Shown here: positions 29,929 through 41,145 of the stretch, piece by piece | How the letters are laid out: each line of letters opens with the position of its first letter | Position numbering within the stretch: the first letter of the stretch is position 1 | Assembly (NCBI GenBank): GCA_014238855.1 | Contig: JABAAH010000001.1 | Location: 49,886 to 113,885 of the forward strand | Reading direction: 5' to 3' | DNA: 64,000 nucleotides | Source of the DNA: Planctomycetota bacterium | Lineage (GTDB): Bacteria; Planctomycetota; Planctomycetia; Pirellulales; UBA1268 | Translations under genes and position numbers: made by a program | The notes under the pieces: generated by a model | What the model was told of the DNA's origin: nothing | The model's database searches: none | Seen by the model: only the letters and a program-made list of their open reading frames with translations

Positions 29929-31431
29929 TTATTCGATAATTCTCACGGATGATGTTGCTCGTTTCAGTGCCGATCTCATCACACCCTCTGGCGGTGCATC
30001 ACCGTGCCAAATCTTAAATTGCTCAGCAGCTTGACGAACAAACATCTCTACACCAGTCACTACCCGACAGCCAACCTCTCGCGATTCTTTGACCAACAAA
30101 GTGTTTTCTGGGTTGTACACAGTATCAAAAACTACCATGTAGGGCCGTAAATGATTCGCCTCGAACGGTGTTTCATTCACTTTGGGATGCATTCCGATTG
30201 GAGTCGCATTTACAATACAGTCATAGGGAAGTCGCTGACGAGCCGACCAGTCAACCACTTTTCCGTTAACTAATTCCGCAAGTGCGGCAGCACGTGATGT
30301 AGTACGAGAAGAAACAGTTACTTCGACACCCTGTTTCTTCAAACCAAAAGCGATTGCTCGAGCAGCACCACCGGCCCCCAAGATAAGTGCTGTCTTCAGG
30401 CCAAGACGTCCACCAAAACCAGCGTCCTGTGCCTCAAGGGCATCCTGTATCGCAGAAATAGCGGCACTTACATCAGTATTAAAAGCCGTGCTTTCTCTTG
30501 TCTCAGAGTCAAAAGATATCGTGTTGGCGGCTCCGATCTCTTCCACTAAGTCACCCTGCGAAGATACGAACTCTAATACATTTTCTTTATGGGGTATCGT
30601 CACGCTCAGACCGGAAAGCGGCCAATGGTCTGCTTTCTTCAAAAAGTCTCTCAAATGACCCTTTGGAACAAGAAACGGTAGATATACGGCATCAATACCA
30701 GCTGCTGCACAGGCTGCATTATGAACGACCGGACTGAGACTATGACCAACCGGATCTGCCACAACACCGTAAACTTTCGTTGAAGGGGTGATTGCATCAT
30801 ATTGATACATGTCACAGAGTTGATTCCAGGGAATCTGTCCTGGCGCAAGTATTTTCTCTGGATTAAATGGCGCAAAGGTAAATGCTGCACCAAATCGACC
30901 CGCAAGCACTCGGCTTGGCGTTCCAATTTCACCCATACAAAGTCCAACGGTAGGGATATCACTTGACTGGACTAATTCGAGCATCCGTAGGTTGTCATTT
31001 GGATGATTTGCGAAAGTTGCTATTTTAACGATATCTGCATCGAAGTCAGCTAAGTAAGAATGAAGACCCCGAAGATCATTGGGTGTTCTTTTAAAGTCAT
31101 GAAAACTTATAATCCGTTGCGTTTTACCAAACCGAGGTATTGATTTTGCAATGTCGTCTTCGAGGTCGACATAGTCTACACCCTCAGCGATCGCTGTACG
31201 AAGAACTGTTAATCGCTCTTCTTCCGAATGTTCCCAATGACCTCCATCCTGCTTGCGACGGCATGTTGCGATTACAGGACAAGGGCGGTCAGCGAGAAGC
31301 CGTTTAACCTGAACCTTGCGCTGAATGCAATCCAGTCGTAGCTCCACAAGGCCAACTTTCTCCTGACCAAGATGCCGCAGCTCAGTCAAAAGATATCGAT
31401 GACGACCTCTCGCGAGGCTGACGCAAATCAT
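29929..31431 (-). CDS. aroDE: Bifunctional 3-dehydroquinate dehydratase (type I) / shikimate 5-dehydrogenase
   Basis: The start is chosen at ATG 31431 (MICVSLARG...), which removes the overlap with mutL. An N-terminal DHQase-I-like half is followed by AroE motifs (VYGVVADPVGHSLSP, LSVTIPHK, ILGAGGAARAI). Confidence 0.85.
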   Translation of the reverse strand: MICVSLARGRHRYLLTELRHLGQEKVGLVELRLDCIQRKVQVKRLLADRPCPVIATCRRKQDGGHWEHSEEERLTVLRTAIAEGVDYVDLEDDIAKSIPRFGKTQRIISFHDFKRTPNDLRGLHSYLADFDADIVKIATFANHPNDNLRMLELVQSSDIPTVGLCMGEIGTPSRVLAGRFGAAFTFAPFNPEKILAPGQIPWNQLCDMYQYDAITPSTKVYGVVADPVGHSLSPVVHNAACAAAGIDAVYLPFLVPKGHLRDFLKKADHWPLSGLSVTIPHKENVLEFVSSQGDLVEEIGAANTISFDSETRESTAFNTDVSAAISAIQDALEAQDAGFGGRLGLKTALILGAGGAARAIAFGLKKQGVEVTVSSRTTSRAAALAELVNGKVVDWSARQRLPYDCIVNATPIGMHPKVNETPFEANHLRPYMVVFDTVYNPENTLLVKESREVGCRVVTGVEMFVRQAAEQFKIWHGDAPPEGVMRSALKRATSSVRIIE

Positions 31432-31522
31432 AAAAACCCAACTCTTACTTGATTCAAGGTAAAAAAAGATTTTTCGAATTAATATGAAACCATGTTTCAG
31501 GTAGCACAACAAGCAATACTTC

Positions 31523-33343
31523 TTATGTCCGCCGAAATTGTTTATCGAGCTCTTGCCTCGACAGCACAAGCGACGTCGGTCTACCATGAGGACAATGTCC
31601 CGTCCCTTGATAACGATATCGATCTGCAACAAGTGTATCGACCTCTACCTGCGACAGAGCATCTCCTGCTTTAATCGCAGCACGACACGAAAGGCTATGA
31701 AGCACCTCGTCCACTACGGCTCGATGATCACCGCCATTTGCAGCCAATACAGCGAGTCGACCAACAACCTCTTGAAGAATCTCTGACGCTGGTGTTCTCC
31801 CTACTAATGCTGGCTTCCCTCGCACAACAACAGTATTGCCACCGAATGACTCTACCTTCACGCCAGCCTCTGACAGAACATCAAGGTGATTTATAACGAC
31901 CTCAAATTCTGAAGATGCGAGTTCTACTTGCTCTGGAATTAATAGTGGCTGAACTTCAATCGCTCCGTTCGACATGCGATCACGCAGCTGTTCATAAAGT
32001 ACTCTTTCATGCAAAGCATGCTGATCAATAACTTCTATACCACCACCTGTTTCAACAACCAGATACCGTTGATGCATCTGTACTGCTCGTTCTTCAGGAA
32101 TATTATTTCCTGTGACATTTGGCAAGTTCTCTTGCGTAGCGAGACGGTCTTCCCCAGTTCTAGAAGAGTTCATTCCTGATGAATCGAAGTTTTGAACTGA
32201 TTCATCCCGGCCACCAACTACTACATGTTGAGGTTCATCTCTACTGTCTTCTTCTCTTTCAGAAAAGGACTGCTGCCGCTTCCAAATATTCTCTGCTGCC
32301 GCCAATCCGGCTGAAGCTGAGGAATGACTTTGTGGCGGCTCGAAAGCCGTGGGACCATTGACCCCAGCAATCGCGCGCCGCACTGCCAGCAAAACAAGCC
32401 TATGTAGACGACCAGGATCACGAAAACGAACTTCTGTTTTAGCTGGATGAACATTCACATCTACGTACTGCAAGGGGACCTGCAGTTGCATAAAGACAAT
32501 CGGTTGTCGCCCTGAGAGAAGACGACCGCGGTAGCCTTCTTGCACTGCATGCATGATAGAACGGTCACGAAATGGCCGACCGCTTATGAAAAAGTGCTGA
32601 AACCTTCCACTCGCCATATCATCTTCAGGCCTACCAAGAAGAGCCATGACCGATACATCGTCGTCAACTTCTTTCGCATGAAGTAAACGGCTCGCAAGCT
32701 GGCTCCCGTAAATATCAGCGATCCGTTGCCGCCAGTCACCGACTGCAGGCAAATCATGCACTCGTCTGCGATTGTGAGTGAGTGAAAATGCTATCTCCGG
32801 ATGTGCAAGTGCTGTTTTGACGAAAGCCTCTGATGCGTGGGACCACTCTGTCGCCGGTGTCTTGAGAAATGCGCGCCTCGCTGGAATCTTGGAAAATAGC
32901 TGGTGCACCTCGACTGACGTCCCAAGCCCACAGCCTTCAGGCTGAACTCCTCGATTCAAACCACTATCTATCTCAAGGCGGCTACCGGTACCTAACGCCG
33001 TTCTAGTCCGTATAACAACGCGTGCAACCTCAGCAATCGATGCAAGTGCTTCACCTCGAAACCCAAGCGTTTCGATCTCCTCAAGGTCGTCTGCGCTTCG
33101 CAACTTACTTGTAGCATGTGGTGAAACAGCAAGAGGCAAATCCTCTGTTTCGATCCCACAGCCATCATCAACAATTCGAATTAAGGCGACACCACCTTGC
33201 TCTAATTCGGCATCGATACGAGCAGGGACAGAATCGAGTGCATTTTCAAGAAGTTCTTTTACGACGCTTGCTGGCCGTTCAACTACTTCGCCAGCAGCGA
33301 TTCTATTGATCACAGAGACAGGTAATGTTTGTATCTTCCCCAT
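31523..33343 (-). CDS. mutL: DNA mismatch repair protein MutL
   Basis: IQTLPVSVINRIAAGEVVERPASVVKELLENALDS, DDGCGI and GFRGEAL motifs, plus a C-terminal dimerisation domain. Confidence 0.95.
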   Translation of the reverse strand: MGKIQTLPVSVINRIAAGEVVERPASVVKELLENALDSVPARIDAELEQGGVALIRIVDDGCGIETEDLPLAVSPHATSKLRSADDLEEIETLGFRGEALASIAEVARVVIRTRTALGTGSRLEIDSGLNRGVQPEGCGLGTSVEVHQLFSKIPARRAFLKTPATEWSHASEAFVKTALAHPEIAFSLTHNRRRVHDLPAVGDWRQRIADIYGSQLASRLLHAKEVDDDVSVMALLGRPEDDMASGRFQHFFISGRPFRDRSIMHAVQEGYRGRLLSGRQPIVFMQLQVPLQYVDVNVHPAKTEVRFRDPGRLHRLVLLAVRRAIAGVNGPTAFEPPQSHSSASAGLAAAENIWKRQQSFSEREEDSRDEPQHVVVGGRDESVQNFDSSGMNSSRTGEDRLATQENLPNVTGNNIPEERAVQMHQRYLVVETGGGIEVIDQHALHERVLYEQLRDRMSNGAIEVQPLLIPEQVELASSEFEVVINHLDVLSEAGVKVESFGGNTVVVRGKPALVGRTPASEILQEVVGRLAVLAANGGDHRAVVDEVLHSLSCRAAIKAGDALSQVEVDTLVADRYRYQGTGHCPHGRPTSLVLSRQELDKQFRRT

Positions 33344-33429
33344 ACTTTTATATCCGGTTCTCTTTCAGAATGCCGCCTCACATTACCAATAGAAACCAAC
33401 TGCGAATCATCCTTATTTGAAATGACATT

Positions 33430-34869
33430 CTAGTGAAGTTTGTATTCCTTGATCTTGCGATACAGTGTTCGTTCTCCAATACCAAGCATTTCTGCCGTCT
33501 GCTCCCGATTTCCGCCCGCAAGCTTGAGTGTTTCTCCAATAAAAATCTTTTCGATTTCATGAAGAGGGTGGCCAACAAGAGACGCAATACCGTAACTCCC
33601 TTCAGCACCTTCTGGACTGATTCCTGACGCAATTTCAGAATCTGGTTCTAACTCAAGTGGTAGGTCGTCAACATCAAGTGTCTCGTCACAGTCAACAACG
33701 ACCATACTTTCAATAACATTTCGAAGTTGACGAACATTCCCAGGCCACGGAAACGCAAGCAATTTGAGTCTTGCATTACGACTCATACTCTTAATTGTTT
33801 TCTGATGACGCCGAGACAACTGCTTCATGAAATGCTCAATGAGCAATGGAATATCGACAGATCTCTCTTGGAGACTCGGAATTACAATCGTAACAACTTT
33901 TAAACGATGATAGAGATCATTACGAAAAGAACCTCCTTCAGTCGCATCTTCGAGATTCCGATTTGTTGCAGAGAGTATCCGCACATTTACCCGAACAGGC
34001 TGATTCGAGCCGACCCTCGTAATCTCCCCTGACTCAAGAACACGAAGCAATTTGATCTGAGTCGCCATGGGCATATCTCCAACCTCATCAAGGAAGAGTG
34101 TCCCGCCGTCAGCATACTCAAACTTTCCCACACGATCCGAGGAGGCATCGGTGAACGCACCTTTAATGTGTCCAAAGAGCTCACTCTCGAGAATATTCTC
34201 GCTTAAAGCCGCACAATTGAGCGCTACAAAAGGCTTCTTCTTCCTTGGACTATTCTGGTGAATTGCTTGAGCAACAAGTTCTTTCCCCGTCCCAGTTGCA
34301 CCCTGAATGAGTACAGTCGCATCAGTCGGCGAAATACGTTTAAGCCGCTCAATGACGGCTCGCATCTGCGTGCTTGAACCAACAACTCCTTCGAATCCAA
34401 ATCGTTCATCAAGGCGACGATTGAGTTCAAGATTCTGCAGCCTTAGCCGAACTCCGGCAGATGCTTTTTCAACAGCCACCCTTAATTGTGTAAGTTCGAG
34501 TGGTTTTTGCAAATATGTGAAGGCACCTTGCTGCATCGCTTCAACTGCTGATGGCACCGTTCCGTGACCAGTGACAACAATGACTTCAGTCTCAACAGAT
34601 GACTGCTTAGCCAACTTAAGAATTTCGAGGCCACCAATGTCATTCATCATAAGATCAGTGACAACAACATCAAATGGGCCTGCATCGAGTTGCTCAGCAC
34701 CTTCATTACCACCACCAGCGACCGTCACTTTATAGCCAAGTCGCTCAAGCCCTTCACCCATTGTACGTGCATGAACAATATCATTATCCACCACAAGAAC
34801 ACGGACAGACCTCGCGATCCCATCAATACTTCCGGAAGGGCTGTTTTCAATTAAATTAGTCGACATCAT
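33430..34869 (-). CDS. Sigma-54-dependent response regulator (NtrC family)
   Basis: Receiver domain, then an AAA+ domain with [14 protein letters not shown] and ESELFGH, then a C-terminal Fis-type HTH ([20 protein letters not shown]). Confidence 0.9.
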   Translation of the reverse strand: MMSTNLIENSPSGSIDGIARSVRVLVVDNDIVHARTMGEGLERLGYKVTVAGGGNEGAEQLDAGPFDVVVTDLMMNDIGGLEILKLAKQSSVETEVIVVTGHGTVPSAVEAMQQGAFTYLQKPLELTQLRVAVEKASAGVRLRLQNLELNRRLDERFGFEGVVGSSTQMRAVIERLKRISPTDATVLIQGATGTGKELVAQAIHQNSPRKKKPFVALNCAALSENILESELFGHIKGAFTDASSDRVGKFEYADGGTLFLDEVGDMPMATQIKLLRVLESGEITRVGSNQPVRVNVRILSATNRNLEDATEGGSFRNDLYHRLKVVTIVIPSLQERSVDIPLLIEHFMKQLSRRHQKTIKSMSRNARLKLLAFPWPGNVRQLRNVIESMVVVDCDETLDVDDLPLELEPDSEIASGISPEGAEGSYGIASLVGHPLHEIEKIFIGETLKLAGGNREQTAEMLGIGERTLYRKIKEYKLH

Positions 34870-34903
34870 TCACCAAGGACTCTATTAAGAACCACACACT
34901 TTT

Positions 34904-35713
34904 TTACGTTTTATGCCCAGCCGCTTCTGTCGGCAACCGTGGCGGAGCTGGTAACCATATCGCCAACTTCGTACCTCGACCAGGAGCACTCTCAATATCA
35001 ATTGAGCCACTGTGAGCCTCGATAATTTTTCGAGCGGTTGGGAGACCAAGGCCCGACCCTCCTTGCTTGGTTGAGTAGAACGCCTCAAATACCCGAGCAA
35101 GTGTCTCAGCTCCCATACCAGGACCCGTATCGATCAATTCAATTAAAACTCCGAGTCCAGCAGCACGCGTTCTCACCATTAACTGTCCGCCTTCTTGCAT
35201 TGCTTGAGTCGCGTTTATCAAAAGATTTAATATCGCAGACCGAAATGTTTCCCGATCAATCCGCACTGCAGGCAATTCTGGGTCGAGATATCGCACAAGC
35301 TCAACGCCTGCATCATCAGTACGCGGTTGAAAGAAATCAAGCAACTGCTCGAGCTCTACATTGAGGTTACCTGGCTCTGGGTCTATTCCTTCCTGCCTAG
35401 AAAAATCCAGGAAATCATCCAACAGCTTTTGCAAACGATCGCATTCCTGACAAACAAGATCGATTTTCGCTTTTGCTCGTCGGGCTGTCTGATTCGCTGC
35501 CGACTCATCGCCTAGCGAACCAATATCTTCTCCGAGTAATTCCATATTTAAACGGATGCTCGACAACGGGTTTCGAATCTCGTGAGCAAGCTCGCTTACG
35601 AGTTTGACTAACTCCGCATATGTATCACCCTCACCTGGAAGTTGATCCGTGAGCAGTGCTGGTTGTCCCATAATCACAGCGCCCGAAATATGCTGGACTT
35701 CTTCAGAATGCAA
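34904..35713 (-). CDS. Short cytoplasmic histidine kinase (HisKA + HATPase_c), NtrB-like partner
   Basis: H-box ELAHEIRNPLSSI, N-box ILNLLINATQA and G-boxes DTGPGM / GSGLGL. It lies immediately upstream of the NtrC-like regulator. Confidence 0.85.
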   Translation of the reverse strand: MHSEEVQHISGAVIMGQPALLTDQLPGEGDTYAELVKLVSELAHEIRNPLSSIRLNMELLGEDIGSLGDESAANQTARRAKAKIDLVCQECDRLQKLLDDFLDFSRQEGIDPEPGNLNVELEQLLDFFQPRTDDAGVELVRYLDPELPAVRIDRETFRSAILNLLINATQAMQEGGQLMVRTRAAGLGVLIELIDTGPGMGAETLARVFEAFYSTKQGGSGLGLPTARKIIEAHSGSIDIESAPGRGTKLAIWLPAPPRLPTEAAGHKT

Positions 35714-35766
35714 ACTCTCCGCAGGGCTCTCAATGAGATGGCCCTGCAGAGAGGAACAAGTTCAAA

Positions 35767-37899
35767 CTATTCAGTCTCTGAGGCTGGCTCTGCATCAGCA
35801 GTAGCAGTAGCCTCTTCCATGGCTGCCCGGCGACTCAGTTTCACGCGATCCTGTTCGTCAACAGCAATGACTTTAACTCGCATTGTGTCACCGACCCGGC
35901 ACACGTCACCAACATTCCCGACATACTCATTCGAAAGTTCGCTGATGTGACACAAGCCATCTTTTCCAGGAACAAGCTCAATAAAGGCACCAAAATCTTT
36001 GACGCTCGTTACGCGACCTTCGTAGATTCGACCAACCTGTATCGATGCCGTGAGAGCTTCAATCTTTGCTAGCGCTAATGTCGCACTTTCGGCATCGTGA
36101 CTTGCAACAGTAACGGTTCCGTCATCTTCTACTTCGACATTCGCTCCTGTTGTTTCCTGAATAGAGCGAATTGTCTTCCCACCAGGACCAATAAGAAGGC
36201 CTATTTTCTCGGGATCAATATGCGTTCGCAATAACCGGGGTGCCCACCCAGATATTTCATCGCGAGGTCTTCGTACTGCAGAAAGCATTGCACGAAGGAT
36301 TTCAAGACGGGCTTCTCGAGACTGTGCAAGCGTCGCCTTAATAATGGCAGGAGATATTCCATTAATTTTTAGGTCAAGCTGAATACCAGTGATGCCATTT
36401 TGTGAACCTGCAATCTTGAAGTCCATATCACCAAAATGATCTTCATCACCAATAATATCAGTCAGAAGGGTCCATTTATCCTCTGATTCTTTTACCAGAC
36501 CTACGGAAATACCAGCTACAGGATTCGTGATTGGCACACCCGCAGCCATTAAACCAAGGGTCGCACCACAAACCGATGCCATCGAACTGGATCCATTCGA
36601 CTCCAAGATGTCAGAGATCACACGAATCGTGTATGGAAAAACATCCGGGTCAGGAAGGACCGGCTTGACACTTCGCTCGGCAAGAGCTCCGTGGCCTATT
36701 TCTCGACGGCCAGGCCCTCGAATTGGCCGAACCTCGCCCACAGAAAACGAAGGGAAATAATAGTCAAGCATGAACTTCTTTGAGTATTCCTCAAACAGGC
36801 CATCAACTCGCTGCTCGTCTTTGCCAGTTCCGAGGGTCACCGTTACCAGTGCCTGAGTTTCCCCACGCTGGAAAAGGGCTGAACCATGCACACGGGGCAG
36901 TAAGTCAACTTCACATTCAATTGATCGTAAGGACTTGGAGTCTCGACCGTCTGGACGAGTACCACCAAGAATCAATTCTCGAATAGCATGTTCTTCAAGG
37001 CCATGCCAAACGTGTGAAAAGTCACCCTCACTTACCGCATTATCACTACCTGCAGTGTCAGCAGGACAAACTTCACTCTTCGCGCGCTCTTTAAGGGCTT
37101 TTAAAGCCTCGCCTCGCTCAAGCTTTCCTGTGATTCCTGCTGCTGCTAAAAGCTCTGAGTAGTACGCCGACTTAAGACGTTCTCTGAGCGGAGCATAATC
37201 TGGTAATTCGTATTCCTTCTTGGGCTTACCTGCCTTCGCTATAAGCTCTTCTTGCATTTCACAGATTGTGATAATAACTCGATGTGCTTCATCTAATGCT
37301 TCAAGCATTCGCTCTTCTGGCATTTCACGAGCAAAGCCCTCAATCATGAGAATTGCCGTCTTACTACCGGAAACAATGAGATCAAGATCACTCTCTTCGA
37401 GTTGGTCCTGCGTAGGAAATGGCACAAATTCTCCGTTAACATGTGCCAATCGCACATTGCCAATGGGACCTTCAAAGGGGAGAGGCGAGATACAGAGTGC
37501 AGCAGATGCACCAATCATCGCCAAAATATCTGGGTCATTTTGGCGATCACTCGAGAGTGTCTGTGCCTGAACTTGAACTTCATCATGAAATCCTTCGGGA
37601 AACATCGGCCGGATCGGACGATCGATCAGACGACTTGTAAGCGTTTCCTTCATTGTTGGCCGGCCTTCTCGCTTCAGAAAACCACCTGGAAACTTACCTG
37701 CTGCCGCAGTTCGCTCCCGATAATCACAGGTAAGTGGGAAGAAATCTATTCCTGCGCGTGGTGCTCCCGTTGCCGCGGCAACAAGAACAGTTGTTTCCCC
37801 GTAAGTGACTAAGATACTCCCAGCGGCTTGCTTTGCCAGCAAACCAGTTTCAAGTCCTAATACTTCCTGACCTACCTGCCGTTCAACACGATGTTTCAT
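35767..37899 (-). CDS. pnp: Polyribonucleotide nucleotidyltransferase (PNPase)
   Basis: 710 aa with two RNase PH domains, a KH domain and an S1 domain (GRIYEGRVTSVKDFGAFIEL). Confidence 0.97.
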   Translation of the reverse strand: MKHRVERQVGQEVLGLETGLLAKQAAGSILVTYGETTVLVAAATGAPRAGIDFFPLTCDYRERTAAAGKFPGGFLKREGRPTMKETLTSRLIDRPIRPMFPEGFHDEVQVQAQTLSSDRQNDPDILAMIGASAALCISPLPFEGPIGNVRLAHVNGEFVPFPTQDQLEESDLDLIVSGSKTAILMIEGFAREMPEERMLEALDEAHRVIITICEMQEELIAKAGKPKKEYELPDYAPLRERLKSAYYSELLAAAGITGKLERGEALKALKERAKSEVCPADTAGSDNAVSEGDFSHVWHGLEEHAIRELILGGTRPDGRDSKSLRSIECEVDLLPRVHGSALFQRGETQALVTVTLGTGKDEQRVDGLFEEYSKKFMLDYYFPSFSVGEVRPIRGPGRREIGHGALAERSVKPVLPDPDVFPYTIRVISDILESNGSSSMASVCGATLGLMAAGVPITNPVAGISVGLVKESEDKWTLLTDIIGDEDHFGDMDFKIAGSQNGITGIQLDLKINGISPAIIKATLAQSREARLEILRAMLSAVRRPRDEISGWAPRLLRTHIDPEKIGLLIGPGGKTIRSIQETTGANVEVEDDGTVTVASHDAESATLALAKIEALTASIQVGRIYEGRVTSVKDFGAFIELVPGKDGLCHISELSNEYVGNVGDVCRVGDTMRVKVIAVDEQDRVKLSRRAAMEEATATADAEPASETE

Positions 37900-38194
37900 T
37901 TCTATGAATTCCTTCCTTCTGCTTCATTTATCACTCCCGAAAGCCGATGCACCAGTTCGTTACTGATAATGACGGGCCTCAATACGAGAGCGTTCACCAA
38001 AACCGTTAAATTTTATTTCACTACATTCAAAATCATCATGAACACAATCTCTCTTTTAAAATTGCGAGAAATTGAAATTCCATCACAACGGATATAGAGA
38101 GAATCAAGCCCAGCAGGAAACAAAGATGGTAAGCATCTTGTCACCCCACCTGGAAACCGTAATCAAATCAAGAATCCACAGCGGTTTGCCCAAA

Positions 38195-38464
38195 CTACTT
38201 ACGAATACCAAGGCCTCGAATAATGTCGAGATACCTCTGCGGAGCGACACGTTTGAGATAATCGAGAAGTCGTCTACGTCGACTGACCATAAATAAAAGA
38301 CCTCGACGACTAGCAAAGTCTTTCGAATGCTTTTTAAAGTGATCAGTCAAGTGTGTGATTCGTGCGGTAAGCAGCGCAATCTGTACTTCTGCAGAACCTG
38401 TGTCTTCTTGCCCACGGCGATGGGCACCTATGAGCTCTTGCTTGCGTTCCTTAGTCAGCGTCAT
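38195..38464 (-). CDS. rpsO: 30S ribosomal protein uS15
   Basis: The 89-aa [60 protein letters not shown] is the canonical S15 pattern. It shows rpsO-pnp synteny. Confidence 0.95.
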   Translation of the reverse strand: MTLTKERKQELIGAHRRGQEDTGSAEVQIALLTARITHLTDHFKKHSKDFASRRGLLFMVSRRRRLLDYLKRVAPQRYLDIIRGLGIRK

Positions 38465-38586
38465 CTTCGTTATTCGCCCTCCGTGGGCGATCAGTGGGTT
38501 GTTTTCTCTAAACTGTTACTAGCGAAAGTCTACCTTTCGACAGTAAAATTGCAATAAGAGCCGCGGGGGCTGCACCATACTGTCCG

Positions 38587-39657
38587 CTAGGCACTTTTGG
38601 CGGAAACCGTGACACCGCCAGATGCCACAGTTTGACCCGTACCACGTGGTGTATGAACAACATTCCAGACAAGTCCCAGTCGTTCCATGCCCAAAATGAC
38701 CCAATAGGTCATATCAAATTCCCACCATTTGTGTCCGTGTGCAGCCATCCTCTGAAATGCATGGTGGTTGTTGTGCCACCCCTCTCCAAAGGCAAGTAGC
38801 CCGACCCACCAGAGATTTCGAGAATCATCAGTCGTCTCATAGTTCCTGTAGCCCCAGATATGTGTGGCCGAGTTCACAAACCATGTCACATGAAAGACGT
38901 AGACCATTCGGACAGCAAGTCCCCACAGTAACCATGAAATTCCGATCTGAGGACCATAGATTGCCCAGCCAGTCGCCAGTAAACCACCACCAATCACAAA
39001 ATGCCAAAGCAGAAACGTTTTGTGAAAAAAAATAACGCCGGAATCTTTTGCTAGATCAGGTGCCCATCGCTTCACGTGAGCATCAACTTCAACTTTTGAA
39101 TGCTGAGGAAAGAGCCAAAGCATATGGCTCCAGAGGCCACCGTCTCGAGGACTATGCGGATCACCCTCTTGATCACTAAACGCGTGATGCTTACGGTGAT
39201 TTGCTACCCATACAATGGCGGAACCCTCACCAGAAATACCACCTACAAATGCAAAGAACCATCGGACGGGCGCCGAGGTAACAAAACTTCCATGGGTAAG
39301 TAACCGATGATATCCAAGAGTCACGCCGAGGCATCCAGTCACCCAACACAGTACAAGACAAATAGCGAGACCAGACCAAGAAAAGTAAAACGGAGCAGCC
39401 AGGGCGGCTATATGCATACCAGCAATCCAAATAAGCGTTGGCCAATCAATACCATTTTTCCCAGCATCCTTGCCATCCGCTCGTGGTTCTGCCTTCGTAG
39501 TCTCAACAGTTTCGGTCGCGGTTATCATCGCTGCGTCAGGACCATGAATCGCAGCCCGACCAAATTGGCAAGCCTCGTCTTCGAGATCGATGGCCCTGCG
39601 TGACTGATCAGTTGAAGCCGCTGGTGAAGCCGCTGGCAAAAGGGTGCTCGGAGTCAT
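38587..39657 (-). CDS. Acyl-CoA (stearoyl-CoA-type, delta-9) fatty acid desaturase
   Basis: Three His boxes (HRLLTH, HRKHHAFSD, HNNHHAF) within a membrane architecture. Confidence 0.85.
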   Translation of the reverse strand: MTPSTLLPAASPAASTDQSRRAIDLEDEACQFGRAAIHGPDAAMITATETVETTKAEPRADGKDAGKNGIDWPTLIWIAGMHIAALAAPFYFSWSGLAICLVLCWVTGCLGVTLGYHRLLTHGSFVTSAPVRWFFAFVGGISGEGSAIVWVANHRKHHAFSDQEGDPHSPRDGGLWSHMLWLFPQHSKVEVDAHVKRWAPDLAKDSGVIFFHKTFLLWHFVIGGGLLATGWAIYGPQIGISWLLWGLAVRMVYVFHVTWFVNSATHIWGYRNYETTDDSRNLWWVGLLAFGEGWHNNHHAFQRMAAHGHKWWEFDMTYWVILGMERLGLVWNVVHTPRGTGQTVASGGVTVSAKSA

Positions 39658-39873
39658 GGATTTTCCTGGGTATGCGTTGGTACTACGTTCTTCTACTCAA
39701 TGCTTATCGGAATTTTTCGGTTCGATGATTGTCGTAGATGTTAATAGTCTTACCAAATACATGATTCCGGCCATGCCACTCGGTCGAAAACCTGTTGGAG
39801 AAATGTCAAAACTACGTCAAAATTTCATTTTGTGACACTTTGTAAGACATTTTCAACGAAATAGGCCGGAACT

Positions 39874-41106
39874 TCAACGATACGCATTCGGTATTGGCAA
39901 AACAGAAAGCAGCCATGCTGTTACATCAGTTCCTGGAACAGCCGGGGGTCGTGTCCCAGAGAGAAGCCATGCAAGACGATCGAGGGTTGCCGCCTGAATC
40001 GGCTCGAGGATAACCGGCAACCCTTGAGACTCCAAAAGACAACCCGATCGCCCAGGCAAAGCCCGCAACTGCAGACCTCCCGAATCGATCACCAAACCAA
40101 AGCCGAGCCGCTGAAACGATCGTGCCTGACTACCACTAAGGTGATGGTACGCTTCATCAACTCTGCACCCCAATATTCTGACGAGACGGTCTATCCACAC
40201 TTGCTCAATCTCACCGCGATCAGCAACACACACGCAATCAACATTTTTAATACGACTTTGTGACCACAAAAGCTTATTCAAAGTAATCTCGGCTGCACCT
40301 TGAAGATGCGAAGATAACAATGACGTTGTTGTATCTAAGTCGACATGGTTTATCGTTCCGGAACATTCCGCAGTCCAATATCCGCTCACATTAGAGATAT
40401 TAATCTGCCCTGCGAAAAGTGCCCGGTCTCCAAAGTTCCAGTGCCTACCACCACTCTCTCGAAGTACTGCAAAAATCAATGGGACCGGGAGTGTCTCAGA
40501 TGTATTTACTTGTACTTCCGTAACGTATTTTTCTACAGAGTCACTACGTGGTCCATGCTTCAGCAATCGTGCGACACGAATCTCATTTTCATCATTATCT
40601 CGAAAAAAGAAACGAATGGCACGCCCAGATCCAGCAGAAACACATTCAATACGAAGTGGTCGCACTCCACTATTTTCTATTGAACCAAAGTCTTGCCATG
40701 CAAAATTCTCAATATCAATTAAATAGTCTTTATGGAACAGATAAGGCTCAGATAGCCATCGCTCTATCAAGCCGACAATAAATGGGATTACATCTTGATC
40801 TAACACAAATCCATCAACTGCCAGTCGCACTTCATGCTTCGAAATAACAACAGACACATTCGACAGAGCCTGGCCGGCAACTGTGATACCCGAAAGCTTC
40901 AAGCATCCTGGCTGAGGATACGTCATACCCTCAACCTGAACTTGCCTCCCAAGAATCTTCGAGGCCTTGTCCGCAATCTGTTGGCGATACCCTGCAGATT
41001 GACGCACGGCAGCAAAATAACACAGGCAAAGTGTCGGCAAAACGCACAAAACGATAAACCCAAGCCTGATTCGCCATATTTTTACAGCTGACTGTTCGAC
41101 GAACAT
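39874..41106 (-). CDS. Hypothetical membrane-anchored protein (410 aa)
   Basis: Long intact ORF with one N-terminal TM helix (LGFIVLCVLPTLCLCYFAAV). No motif recognised. Confidence 0.6.
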   Translation of the reverse strand: MFVEQSAVKIWRIRLGFIVLCVLPTLCLCYFAAVRQSAGYRQQIADKASKILGRQVQVEGMTYPQPGCLKLSGITVAGQALSNVSVVISKHEVRLAVDGFVLDQDVIPFIVGLIERWLSEPYLFHKDYLIDIENFAWQDFGSIENSGVRPLRIECVSAGSGRAIRFFFRDNDENEIRVARLLKHGPRSDSVEKYVTEVQVNTSETLPVPLIFAVLRESGGRHWNFGDRALFAGQINISNVSGYWTAECSGTINHVDLDTTTSLLSSHLQGAAEITLNKLLWSQSRIKNVDCVCVADRGEIEQVWIDRLVRILGCRVDEAYHHLSGSQARSFQRLGFGLVIDSGGLQLRALPGRSGCLLESQGLPVILEPIQAATLDRLAWLLSGTRPPAVPGTDVTAWLLSVLPIPNAYR

Positions 41107-41145
41107 CCTTGTTCAACTCCCGGCATGTGCAGCCGTTTTTGTAAT

